A stretch of DNA of 64,000 nt. Origin: Felis catus. Taxonomy: Eukaryota. The stretch is from NCBI RefSeq assembly GCF_018350175.1, contig NC_058368.1:13516001-13580000 (forward strand), written 5' to 3'. Positions 1-11,876 of this stretch are shown piece by piece; the first letter of the stretch is position 1, and each line of letters starts with the position of its first letter. The notes beneath the pieces were generated by a model. That model saw nothing but the letters and a program-made list of their open reading frames with translations, had not been told where the DNA came from and made no database searches. The position numbers were made by a program, and so were the translations under genes.

Positions 1-196
1 GTCCGTCAACACTATAGAAGTAGCTTCAGCCATGTTAAAATATTTCAAAGAAATGAGCCATTAGAGCAGCAAGCACTCCATGTGTTTGTTGTTCAGCCCA
101 TCCAAAGTGCATCAACAGACTTTTTCTAAAAGTGTGTGGATATAATACTTTGAGCTGAGATCTGTAGCCTTAGCCTTCTAAAGATGATATCTACAG

Positions 197-210
197 GTTG
201 TCATGGTAAC
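197..210. promoter_or_regulatory. RFX X-box-like motif GTTGTCATGGTAAC
   Basis: Near-palindromic 14-mer closely resembling the X-box consensus GTTNCCATGGNAAC (one mismatch), in apparently unique sequence. Motif match only. Confidence 0.4.
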
Positions 211-1672
211 TCACAGGGCACCATCTTTAAAAACATTAAATTCTGAGGAAAAATACACACAGAGAAATTTCAGCCCTAAAAGCCATTCCCTCAGACAAAT
301 TGTCCATTAGCCTACATATCTCTGTCCTTTTAAAGCTTTGCTTTGATTTTTATTTTCGTTCCATGTTCAATGAATACAGAACCCTGAAACAAGTGAAAAA
401 AGTTTGAAATGTTTTACTATAGATTTTCATGATACACTCTACATTAGTTTTAAACTGAATGAGTACCACCTCTACCACTGATATTTTTCTTCCTTTTAAT
501 TGACTTTTTTAACATGAGCTTTTCCCTTCTATCAGTAGAAACAACTTTTGTTCTTTTCCTCTTAATATTGTCCTGTAGCCATTATTAAGTTGAGGGACAT
601 CTTCCTTACTTTGAAATTGTGAGGTCTGGATGTCAATCCATTTGTCAATACTTTGGAGACACAGTGACTTTCTGTCCACACCCATAAGACTTATTTTTGT
701 GTGTGGGTCATGGAGGAGTTAGCAAGTTTGACGTTGAATCTTTCTTTATCTTCACATTAGCATTTGCTAACCCTCCAGCTGGATTATGAAGTTTTGGTAG
801 ATTAGGGAGGGTACTTTATGACTCTTTGTGTCTTTAGAGTTAGAAGCACTACACACAGGGGTACAGTAAATATTTTATGACTTAGAACCCAACTTTAAGA
901 TAAAGGCACTAAAAGGGCCTTCTAGATCACCAAATCTATCCCCTTATTTTCATAAATTAGGAAACCAAAACAAGGAGAGGTAAAGTATCTTAGCCCAAAG
1001 TTGTATCTAGCTAAAAACATAATTTTGAGGTTAACAAAGGGGATTCCAATCTCCATTCTGCCAGTGTGGGGAAAGCAAAAGGAGGCAAAACTAAGATTCT
1101 TTATTCATACAAAAAATTGCTAATAGCTGTTCCTGAATTTCATACCTCATTAAATTATTGTTTTGAGGTTCCAGTTCCATAATACTCTATTCCAAAGAGA
1201 ATGTGCTAAGCATTAGCCAAATATGAGGTGCTAGGAAGAGAAGGGGTATAAAGAGATAAAGCACATGAGGAAAGATGAATGTAAAAAATAGAAGAAATTA
1301 AATAATTGTTGATAATATTGAGCATCATCTTGTTCTTAATTCACAGGCAATATAATACCAAAAAAGTGACTGCATTTGGAAGACTAATAGTAGGGAAAAA
1401 TCTAAGAGGTTAGATTTAAGGCCTCCAGAAACTGGGGTAAAAATAACTGACATAAGGCAATGCACTAATCAAAAATCTAGAATAGACACAGAGTATTATA
1501 GAGCAGGTTCACCTTCTTCTCTGAATTTCTTTGTAGTTAAGCTTTGTTGGGAAGCTCTACCGGGGAGAATCCCATGTGTGTATGTGTTCTATTAGTTCAT
1601 TTGTATCTGTACCAGAGGGCAACACAGGTATTTAGTAAAGGAACTAATAAAAAACATGTAGAGATTACAATG

Positions 1673-1705
1673 GTGTGTGTATGTGTGTGTGTGTGTGTGT
1701 GTGTG
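1673..1705. repeat. (TG)n microsatellite
   Basis: Directly visible TG run with one interruption. Confidence 0.95.
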
Positions 1706-2659
1706 CGTAAATTTAAATTCCCAATGTATTGATTAAAAAGAAAGTTGGCTAATAACAACTTACAGTTGTATAAGGCCCTTGCAGTTTATAAAACTTACAT
1801 TGAGCAAAGAAGAGCTTCCATTAATCTCAGATGATTGGACGAAGAAGTGTTCTCGTACTTGTTTATTGATGAAGCCTAGAGTGGTCAAGTGATTTATACA
1901 AGGTTATATGCTGAAGAGTTCTGACACCAAATATAAGGCCTAACTATTTTGGAGAAAGACTCCTCTCTATTACTTTTGTGGGTCCCATTCAAGACTATGT
2001 CACTACCCAAAGATGGCTTCATGGAGTTTGGGCACATGTGAGGAAAGGAAATAAAACAGCTGTTTCATAAGCAGTTAATCAGTTTGAAAGAGAGGTTTAG
2101 GGGCTTAAAATGAAATTTTAAATCAATGAAACACTATCCTATGTGTCTTCTCCTGCAAAGGTCACACTTGATTCGTTAGAGCTTCTACCAGGAAGACTAC
2201 ATAAAGAAGAAATGACTGATACATCTAGATCAAACTGTTTCAAGGGCCATTTTACTATTAATTTTATAAATGCAATGGTAAGCAATTATTGATCACAAAT
2301 CAGAGCAAAGTTAAGAATAAAAATTACCTCTATAAACATATCACCAATTATCAGTAATGATTAGGGAATCATAATTTAACAACTGTACTTATACTAACAG
2401 TCAATCATGGAAGTTTGGGGAAAGAATTAATGGTTTTTCAGAGACCACCTGGAAACATGATTTAGCATGTCAATTCTTGACATTGAAATCTGACTAGAAA
2501 AGAATGAATGACAAACTTGGGACCAGCTTGAACAAGGCTCAGGAAATTCCCAGAGTTCAGTCATATCCCAGCTCTGGCCAAGTGTTGGTTAATAGATTCA
2601 AGCAAGATTGAACAGACTCTGACACTGTTGAATGTCAGATGGTAAAATCATCATCTACA

Positions 2660-2835
2660 GGGGCACCTAGGTGGTTCAGTCGGTTGAGCGTCCGACTTAG
2701 GCTCAGGTCATGATCTCGTGGTCTGTGGGTTCGAGCCCCACGTCGGGCTCTGTGCTGACAGCTCAGAGCCTGGAGCCTGCTTCGGATTCTGTGTCTCCCT
2801 CTCTCTCTACCCCTCCCCCACTCATGCTCTGTCTC

Positions 2836-2871
<36 letters not shown>

Positions 2872-2904
2872 AAAAATAAATAAACATTTAAAAAATTTTA
2901 AAAA
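2660..2904 (+). mobile_element. Can-SINE (SINEC_Fc type)
   Basis: GGGGCACCTAGGTGGTTCAGTCGG head, B-box GGTTCGAGCCC, (CT)n, AATAAA/poly-A tail. TSD-like aaa(a/g)tcatcatcta(c/t)ag on both sides. Confidence 0.97.
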
Positions 2905-3393
2905 GTCATCATCTATAGAATGATAAATAAGTTACATGGAAAGAGCTAATAAAACTTCTTGTATTTCCTAAAAGAGATATCAAGAGGATCTAGGGTTAGA
3001 GATCTTACAATGAAATTCTCTGCAGAGACCTATGTCAAAGCCCCTTTGGATGGATAGTGTAACCATGACATTCTTGTGCAGGAAGCATACATGTGCAGAA
3101 GTAGGTTTAGATGCATGTGAGCCTGTGGGTAATACTATGAGATTAATAAATCTGCTGCAAATAAATACTTAGGCTTCCATGGGATTCCTTTTTTTTCTCT
3201 TCCATAAAATTTTACAGTTTGAGAGCATATTGACTTTTTGTTTTACATTATCTCTCAATTCTATAATGGTGGTGATTCTCAGACTGACTAAAAATGGTGA
3301 GAAATCAGAGTGCGTGTCAACAATAAATAAAGCCATAGTTTTCGTGTATTGAATACATGCCATGTTCCAGTACTGTACTAAAACACTTTACCT

Positions 3394-3938
3394 TGAAGGG
3401 ATTCAGAATATGCTACGCCCAAATTTACCACTTTGTTATGTGGATTATTTTGAGTTGAGGGCAACCAACACCCAGTTGACTAAGGAAAAGCTCTTATCTC
3501 CCCATTAACGGCCTAAAAGAAAGTATAAATGTCCCAGTGTTTGAGGGAAATCTACATTTATAAAGGGAATTTCTCTTAGAAATGGTACCTGTTCCAGGGA
3601 GAGCAACTCCCAGAGATGACATCTTTTTTTTCACCTGAGTGACTTCATCTACATAGCAAGGCAACCTCTGTTTACCATTTTTCTACCCCCCACATTCCTT
3701 CAATTGCCTTCTCCCTCACCTAGAAGTCCCAAACCCGAACACATCCCTTAGCTCAGGATGTTATAGAAGTCTCGATTATCTGGCTGTCTTTGGAAGTCTC
3801 CTAACTTTGTGAAATTCCCATGTGTATGTACTAATCAAATGTATGTTTTTTCTTCTTTGTATCTATCTATGTCAATTTAATTATTGGACCAGCCACAGAA
3901 CCTAGAAGGGTAGAAAGGAAAACATTTCTTCCCCTACG
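3394..3938 (+). mobile_element. ERV1 solo LTR, MER34/MER39-like, inserted in a MIR
   Basis: Starts TGAAGGGATTCAGAATATGCTAC, contains GGATTATTTTGAGTTGAGGGCAA and ends TTTCTTCCCCTAC, like MER34-group termini. MIR-like sequence continues on both sides (about 3340-3393 and 3939-4075). Confidence 0.8.
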
Positions 3939-4530
3939 GTATATATCATCTTCTGTAATCCTCATAATAAACCTAACAGGTGGGTATGATCACTTTCATA
4001 TTACTCATGAAGAAATCCAAGCTTCACATAGTCAAATTAATTGTAGACCTGGGATTTAAACCAGGTCTTGTCTACCTATAAAGCCTGTATTTTAATGTCC
4101 AACTTATACAGCCCCCAATAGGAAGCAGAGAGACAAACAAAGAGTTCCTTGATAGGTCAAGAGGCTGGAAATGTTCAACGGGCAACATCGTTAGTCTTTC
4201 CTCCTTTCTTTTATCTCGAATGGCCTGCAGGGGAGAGAAAAGAGGGTTTGCTCCAGGGCCCATAGACTTTGTCTCTGCCTGCCTCCATAGAGAGAAGGCT
4301 TTTAGATAAGGTCTCATTTATGAGCAATGGGATGTTTCAGGTAATAGGCAGAAAGTTTAGGATTCAGCGGGGGTTTCCTGGGTGAGGGTAGAGGCTCAGA
4401 GTTTGAATCTGAAAAAGGAGCTCTAAGCAGGTCTAATCAGTTTAATCAGAGGGCAGATACTCTTCATGTATCCATGCTTTCTCCTGGGCTGACCTCGAAG
4501 TTTGCAGCCTGAAGAACACTGGATGCCTAC

Positions 4531-4589
4531 TTTTGTTTTTGTCTGTTTTTTGTTTGTTTGTTTGTTTGTTTTGTTTGTTTTTTGTTTTG
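4531..4589. repeat. (GTTT)n-like simple repeat
   Basis: Directly visible. Confidence 0.9.
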
Positions 4590-5185
4590 CAGTTTCATTC
4601 TCCTCTACTCAGGTAAAGAAGTGTTCGGTCCTCCAGGCTTCAGATGGTCTTTCTTCTGACTCTATGTTCTCCCTCCTGGAAATGTGACCCAACCCTATGT
4701 ATAAACTAATTCCTATATACTAATTACATGTATAAACTAATTCCTCCCAAATGTGTATCACTAGGCTGCATCCCTCCTCAGATCAGAGCCCTAAAACCAA
4801 CTGCCTACTTGAGTGTTCCTCAAACATATCTCAGAGGAATCTCGATCACATAGTGTCTGACATCAATTCCTTGATCTTTGTCATAAGACCTGATCCTCTT
4901 CCAGTGCCCCCTGTCTTGATGAATGACACCACCACAAGCACTAGAGACCAGAAGGCACCCTTGATGCCTCATTTTTCATCACTGCTCTATCTAATCCATC
5001 ACCAAACCATTCTTTCTCTCTTGTCTGCCCCACAACTCTCTGTTCCAGGCTATCATCATCTCTCACCTGGACTTCCAACTTCTCGCTGTCCTACCTACAT
5101 CGATTTTCAAAGCCAAATCAGGTCATATGTTAGATATCCCAGCTTAAAGTCCTTCCTTCACTGGCCATTGTTCTCTGGAAATTAT

Positions 5186-5326
5186 NNNNNNNNNNNNNNN
5201 NNNNNNNNNNNNNNNNNNNNNNNNNNNNNNNNNNNNNNNNNNNNNNNNNNNNNNNNNNNNNNNNNNNNNNNNNNNNNNNNNNNNNNNNNNNNNNNNNNNN
5301 NNNNNNNNNNNNNNNNNNNNNNNNNN
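5186..5326. other. Assembly gap (141 N)
   Basis: Run of N lying where the CT/poly-A tail of the adjacent minus-strand SINE would be. Confidence 1.
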
Positions 5327-5441
5327 TCCATGGCCATCAGTCCAGAGCCCAACATGGGGCTCAGTCCCACAAACCATGAGATGATGACCTGAGCCAAAAT
5401 CAAGAGTTCGATGCTTAACCAACTGAACCACCAAGGAACCC
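5327..5441 (-). mobile_element. Can-SINE (5' half; tail lost in gap)
   Basis: Reverse complement of the SINE head: gacctgagccaaaatcaagag...cttaaccaactgaaccaccaaggaaccc. Confidence 0.93.
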
Positions 5442-6707
5442 TGAAAATGTATTACTGTTAATGTGGCCTGAAGGGCCTGCATGATTCCCAGCCTCCCCCT
5501 ACACACCCCTACAGCCTCATCTGCCCCGTGGTGTACCTTGCTCTTTCCATTCACCACTTCTCAAACATCTTCCATCTCAGGGATTTTGCATATGATATTT
5601 TCTATACCTGGATAGTCTTCTTTTTCTTCTTTGCCTAGTCAATACCTCACTATAATTCAGATTTCAGTAAAGGCTTCCCTAACTTCCCTAACTAGATCAA
5701 ACACATTTATTACAGGCTCCCTTAAATTGTGTAGCTATTTTCCACTTGTAATTAACCATTTATTTGTGAGTTCATGACATCAATATTTGTTTCCTCAACT
5801 AGATGTTTAGTTTTTAGACGGCAGTCTATGTCTTTTTTAGCTTGCCATTGTATCTGTTTAGTAATGCTTAATTTGTTTAATATCTGAGAGCCAACTGAAT
5901 GAATAAGTAAATGACTTATGTTATGGGTGTGTTAAATTTCAGTAACTGCTATAATCCTAAAATATTAGCATCTCTATTTAGAAGCAAGTTTTGGCTCAGG
6001 TCTTTTTTTGAATCTCACCTTCTCAATGAGACCCAACCAAATTATTTAACACTGCAATCTATTCATATGCCTCCCACCAGGACTCCCTAAGTCCCAAGGC
6101 AAGCTCTATTTTTTTCTTTTTTTTTTCTGTAGCATTTATCACCTTACAATACATTGGATGATTCTACTTGTTTATCATTGTTCTATGTTTTCTTAGACTC
6201 TGTATTTGTCTACTCGTCATCCATTCTTCACAGGGTGAATCATAGTACATATATTTTCCTATTTTCTGTATTCTTGATCTGGCATTTGTGGACTCACTGA
6301 CTGGAAAGAAACTTGCTCTTTTCATGTTTAGACAATTCCTAGACTAGCAGAGTCCTTGTCCAGGGGTCTTTCACATGCAAACTAATCAATCCAAAGCCCA
6401 CACCTCAGCCATCTCCTCGAATCCTTACATGGCCAAACAATATTCTTTGGCCCTAAATAAACTCAGGACAAGGTACCAGAGAGCCATTAGGAAAATCTGT
6501 AAGCCCAAAAGCTTGCTGGAATTATTCCAACTAGCCAAACCCTGCTCTGCCTTGACTTTCCTATGGAAAACACAATAAAGGACGCACCTGGGCTTTTCCC
6601 ATGCTCCTTTTCTGCCTCTGGCTGGCACTGGTGCTTCCCCCTGAGCCCTGAATGGCATAGTGTATCCCCTCCTCTCAGGAAATGTAAGTAACAAAAATAT
6701 TCTTTCC

Positions 6708-6876
6708 GGGCACCTGGGTGGCTCAGTCAAGTGAGAGTTCAACTCTTAATTTCTGTTCAGGTCAGCATCTCACAATTTGTGAGATCGAACCCTGAGTTGG
6801 GCTCTGCACTGGTAGTGCAGACCCTGCTTGGGATTCTCTCTCTCCCTCTCTGTCTGCCCCTCCCCTGCTCATGGGT
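6708..6876 (+). mobile_element. Can-SINE (tail lost in gap)
   Basis: GGGCACCTGGGTGGCTCAGTC head through the CT-rich region, ending at the N-gap. Confidence 0.93.
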
Positions 6877-7031
6877 NNNNNNNNNNNNNNNNNNNNNNNN
6901 NNNNNNNNNNNNNNNNNNNNNNNNNNNNNNNNNNNNNNNNNNNNNNNNNNNNNNNNNNNNNNNNNNNNNNNNNNNNNNNNNNNNNNNNNNNNNNNNNNNN
7001 NNNNNNNNNNNNNNNNNNNNNNNNNNNNNNN
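6877..7031. other. Assembly gap (155 N)
   Basis: Run of N lying where the SINE tail would be. Confidence 1.
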
Positions 7032-9196
7032 CATATCAGCACTCATTCACCTCGATACATTAAAATCCCACATTTACAATAGAGGCAATCATGTTACTAT
7101 TTACCACCTGGCTCCCTCCTTCACCAATGGAAAGCAAATGTAATAAAGTCATGGACCTATATCTGTTTTGTTCCTGCTTTTGATGTCCAGACCAGTGCCT
7201 GCTACATAGAACTTCCATAAATATATGTTGAATAAATGAATGTTTCTGATCCTACTTCTGATATAATGCTATTTCAGAATTTGAGCTTCCCCAGGACAGA
7301 AATTTTATCTTACTGCCCTTCAAATGACCGGGCTATTTCTCAGCATCTGGCAATTGGTGAAAAGCTCAATAATGGTTTAGTCTAATTCATGTAAATACTG
7401 CATTCTGGGTAACTTTTGCTGGTCCCAGAGCTCTGAGAGTGACCCTTCAAGTTCTGTGGTCAACAATGGCTTCTGTTCTCATTAGCAAGGAATCCTCTTT
7501 CCTGCATTTTTTTTTAAAGTGGTTTCCAATCACAGAGTGTATGAGCTGTGACCAACAGAAATGTCAGAACCTGGGTCAAGAACCCTGCTCCACCTCTAAC
7601 CCTGGGTGTCCTTGAACAACTGAACTGATCATTATGGAATGTGTCCAGTACTATCTTCCTGAATATGTAAGGATGGGAAAGACAAATACACAGCATTCAA
7701 TGTCTCCAATATGGATTAAATTAATACCCAATTAACTGACTTTTCAAGATTTCTTTGAGTTTTATGAGCTCATGGTCCATTTGTGGTTGCTAAACATGAC
7801 TGATTTTTCATGCATTTTCCAATTCTCCTTCCAAACAAATGATAAGGCAACGTTCAGTGCTTAATCTTTACATATGCAAGGCTACACAACACTTATTTTT
7901 TACATTGCATTAGCTCACCTTCTATTGATAGATACTGTACTCTTTAAACATGTTCTAAGTCCAACTCTTGTAAGCTCATTTGCACAAATATAACTTTGGA
8001 AATCCAGAATTCTCTTTATAAGTCTAGGAAGGTTTTGCTCTGATAATAATAACTGAAAATATTGAGCACAATGTCTTATCTTTTACAAATGAGGAAAAGA
8101 GGGTCCAGAGCAGTTAAGTCATTTGCCTTAAGTCACACAGCCAGTAAGCACTAAGAAGAGGAGTCACACTTAGGTAGTTGTCTCCACACACTATGCACTT
8201 AGTCGCTTATGCACGTTGCCTCTATGGGGTAACTGAACTTCACAACCGATTTCTTACTGACTTGAATCTTTTCTCTTTTCTTATGATCTATCATACAAAC
8301 ACATTGTTTATGACACATGCTAAACTTTCTTGAGTCACATACTGTTGGTAGGTGAGTATAATCATCCTTATTATTGATCAGAAAACATATGTAGACAGAT
8401 CTACAGTGACATTGAGGGAGCCAATAGCCAGAGTAGGGTTAAAATTCATAGCCTTGGTATCCTGGTATTTTTATCAGTCCTTTGAGACTTTATACATTCT
8501 ATGTGATTTTTTAATTTCATGGAGGTGTTCAGGGGCTGAAGGCAGAATCAGACTTCACTTTGGGATAAAGGTAGCAGCTTAGATTGCAAATTACTTTACA
8601 GACATTTTAGTACAGGTAGCGGCAGGTATGTTTGGGGATTCTAAGTTCTTTCCATCAGAATGCAGAAACACCACCAGCTGCCTAAATTATTTTCTAATAA
8701 ACTGGGTCTTCATTATGTCCCAATTGCCCACAGTGTGTTTGCCTTGTCAGACTCAGATTTTTAAAAGCAGTTCAGTCTTGAACCACTTTAGCTAACATGG
8801 ATTTCTCCCTCCCTATTCATTTGCAGTCCTACTTTCTGATGCTCTATCTCTCTTTTTCAATATATTTGAAAATGCTTTTATTCCTTTTAATCCTTTCAGC
8901 TTTTTTTAGCACAGTCAGCAATTTTCAGACCTTATCTCTTTCCTCTTGGCTCCAACAGTCTGTTGTTTGCATTTCCACAGTTTATTGGCAGCATGTTTTT
9001 TGACAAAGCCATCTTGAAATCTAATTGAATGTTTCTTGTTTTAACATTTCTTTTGCTGAAGAACACTGGACGGCTGGATCTCTAACACTGGCCTTTTCAT
9101 TAACCTTCTATCTGCACTCCTGCCGTATAAGATAGTTAAACATTCAAAATGTGCAAATCAATACGGGTTGAATTAAAAGAAAATATTTTGAGAATA

Positions 9197-9520
9197 CAGT
9201 TGACCCTTGAGCAACACATCGTTGCACTGCCACTTATACATGGATTGTTTTTATAGCACAGTACTATAAGTGGCAGATGTATTTTCTCTTCTGATGTCCT
9301 TACCAACATTTTCTCTAGCTTACTTTATTATAAGATCACAGTGTATAATACATACAAAATACAAAATATGTGTGAAACAACTGTTTGCGTTATCGGTTAA
9401 AGATTCAGTCAACAGCAGGCTATCAGTAGTTAAGTTTTGGGGGAATCAAAAGTTCTATGTGGCGTTTTGAGTACACGAAGAGTCTGCATCCCTACCCCCT
9501 CGTTGTTCAGAGGTCAACTG
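9197..9520 (+). mobile_element. Tigger2a-like non-autonomous Tc1/mariner DNA transposon
   Basis: TIRs CAGTTGACCCTTGAGCAAC and GTTGTTCAGAGGTCAACTG, with TA TSD at 9195-9196 and 9521-9522. Homologous to the copy at 55471. Confidence 0.92.
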
Positions 9521-10294
9521 TATTGTAACATGTGGAGAAAAAAGTGCCACTAAAAGGCAATTTAGACTGGAGTCCAAAGAAAGCATTATCACAATTTCTA
9601 ACAACCTTCCTGGGACACACATATTTTACTTTCAGTTCCAATAAATTTCCTAAGTGTCCAGGAATAAAAAAATACCAAAAAGTCAAAAAGAAAAGAGAGA
9701 AAAGATTTTGGCATGCTGGTATATCATCCTGCTTCAATGAAAGCAGAAAAGAAATAATTTTCTACTCAAATTCTATCTTTGACATAAATAAGAAACAATA
9801 AAATAAACAATAAAAAATAAACAAGCAACATTTCCAAAACTGATGGTCACTGATAGTGAAGATTACATTATTTTTCAGATATGCATTGAAGTTCTACCTT
9901 TTATTCTTTGGCTTAATTAAAATGTACCTCAGACTTTAAAATAACTGAACACAAGCTCCTGTAATCCGATGTCATACTTTTATTTAGCTCAAATGCATCT
10001 TATTATCTCCCGGAACAATCTGACTACATTATAAATAAGGAATGAAGGACAAAAAAAAAATAGAAGAATCAGACTGCATTATTTTCATTTTGGTGTTTAC
10101 TATTTATTTCATGTCAATAGTAACTATTTGGAGCCACTTTAAATATCCGTGTATTTGTTGCTGTAAATCTAGAATAAGAGTGCCTAGAAATGATCCTGGA
10201 AAATCAAAATTTCTCTTTAATTTAATGTATTTATTTAATAAGCCTACTATATGGAAAACATTATGCTTCATTCAGTGGAGGATATAAACACAGC

Positions 10295-10940
10295 TATTGC
10301 CAGAGGGCTCTTTCAGAGCTAAATCAGGTTTTGTCACTCCTCCATTCGAATATTCCATGACTTTGCACCTTATTAGTGAGGGAAATCAAAGATGAAAAAA
10401 CAGCCTTGCAGAAACTGACTTCAGACTCAACATTCAAGCTAGAAATGCAATGCTGAAACGGCCCCCTTATACCCAGATGTTCTTCCCATGCTCGGCTCCC
10501 TACTAGCTCTCTGCTTCCACACTCTCATCTCTCTTTCTCTTACAGCCACACTGGCTTCCCTACCTTTGCTCGAAAATGCCAGCTTGGCTCCTGCCTCAGG
10601 ACCTTGGTGATTTTTATCTTTGCTTAGAATGCTCTTTCCCCAGATTCCACACGTTCCACATAACCTAACTCTGCTCACTCTTTCCCTAGCTCTCTCTTTC
10701 TGCCAAATATTAGGAAGACCTTCCCTGAATACTCAATGTAAAATAACATCCCCCACCCGAATTCTCCCTAATCTGCCTTGCCTTACTGTATTTTCCTACT
10801 TAGCATTTATCAGCACCTCATAGTATGCATTTGCATGTAACTTACAGGCAAGCTCAGTGCAAACTTGACTGCTAGGTTTGCCATGGGATCCTCAGAATCT
10901 AGAAGAGGGCCAGGCATATGGTTATTGAATTAGTGAAGGA
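10295..10940 (+). mobile_element. LINE-2 3' fragment
   Basis: gccagagggctctttc...aaatcaggttttgtcactcc, agccacactggcttcc, ctgcctcaggaccttgg and tagcatttatca are characteristic L2 3' motifs. Confidence 0.75.
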
Positions 10941-10988
10941 CATTATCCTCTCTGACCTCCCAAGTCAGATAAATTATGAAGGCAAATA

Positions 10989-11876
10989 TGGTAAAACATT
11001 GGATTGCCTAGTAACTTCTTCTGCAAGTGTTCACAAGACGAGTAAACATTTCTAATAAATTTTAACTTGATATACAAGTGATGTCTTGCAATATGAGTAG
11101 TACATGATTCCAAATGTCACATGATCACAACTGAGCCAATGGTTCTTCTCTCTTTCTTTCTTTGTCTCTCTCTCTCTCTCTTACTGCGGGATTGTGAGAT
11201 GTCATCCCCTACACTTGGATTTTTGGTGTCAGGCTTCAGTGTTTGGCAGAAATCTGTGATTATTCAGAAGTTGGAAGGTGCCCACAACTGGCACTAGTGT
11301 AGTTTTGTCACTTCAAAGCACCGATGGACAGTCCTTTGCTTTTCCATGCAAGAGTGAGCTTGGGAATGCTTTACTTCATTCTAGATCAGGCTGCCTGCAG
11401 ATATAGACCCTTTCCTCTGCTGCCTTATTGCCAGTGACATTAAAATAGTATTTGAGGAGCTTGTTAAGACTGTACTGTAGTTAACATCCATGTGAGCATA
11501 TACAATGGCCCCCATGAACAAAAAGATTCCATTGAGCCAACAGATAGCAATGATTCTGTTAGTGACAGTGAAAGTCATCCTACACAATAAGCCTCCTCTC
11601 TCTTGTCTCCCTCACACCAGCCACAAAGGTTTTCAAAGGTTTTCAAAGGTAAGTGCAGGTTAATTTGTTTATTTTTCTTTATATTTTGTATTTTATTTAT
11701 TATTTGGTATTATATTACAGTATTGTAGTCATTTTTATATGAATATGTTTGGGTTGTGGAACGAATCATCTGAGTTTCCATTATTTCCTTTGGGGAAATT
11801 CACTTTGAGATACAAGTGCTTTGGATTAAAAGCATGTTTCTGGAACAAATTATGCTCACAAACCAGGGTTTTGCTG
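10989..11876 (+). mobile_element. ~890-bp Tigger-family non-autonomous DNA transposon (MER82-like ends)
   Basis: TA|TGGTAAAACATTGGATTGC ... CTCACAAACCAGGGTTTTGCTG|TA gives degenerate ~22-bp TIRs with TA TSD. Internal (CT)n and an AT-rich segment. Family name uncertain. Confidence 0.75.

Larger units (their letters stand above)
4640..5915 (+). mobile_element. LINE-2 3' fragment, interrupted by a SINE and an assembly gap
   Basis: Typical L2 motifs (ccaactgcctacttga, tcatctctcacctggac, aaatcaggtcatatgtt) and a terminal tgaatgaataa repeat. Boundaries approximate. Confidence 0.75.
6229..7078 (+). mobile_element. ERVL LTR, MER21-like, inserted in an L2 and interrupted by a SINE
   Basis: tgcaaactaatcaatccaaagcccacacc, aggtaccaga, gaattattccaactagccaa and tggaaaacacaataaagg resemble the MER21 group. 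L2-like sequence flanks it (about 6010-6200 and 7090-7245). Ends approximate. Confidence 0.65.

Noticed and set aside
4751-5392. Longest ORF (213 aa)
   Set aside because: It lies in L2-derived sequence, reads through a 141-N gap and ends in an antisense SINE, so it is an artefact.
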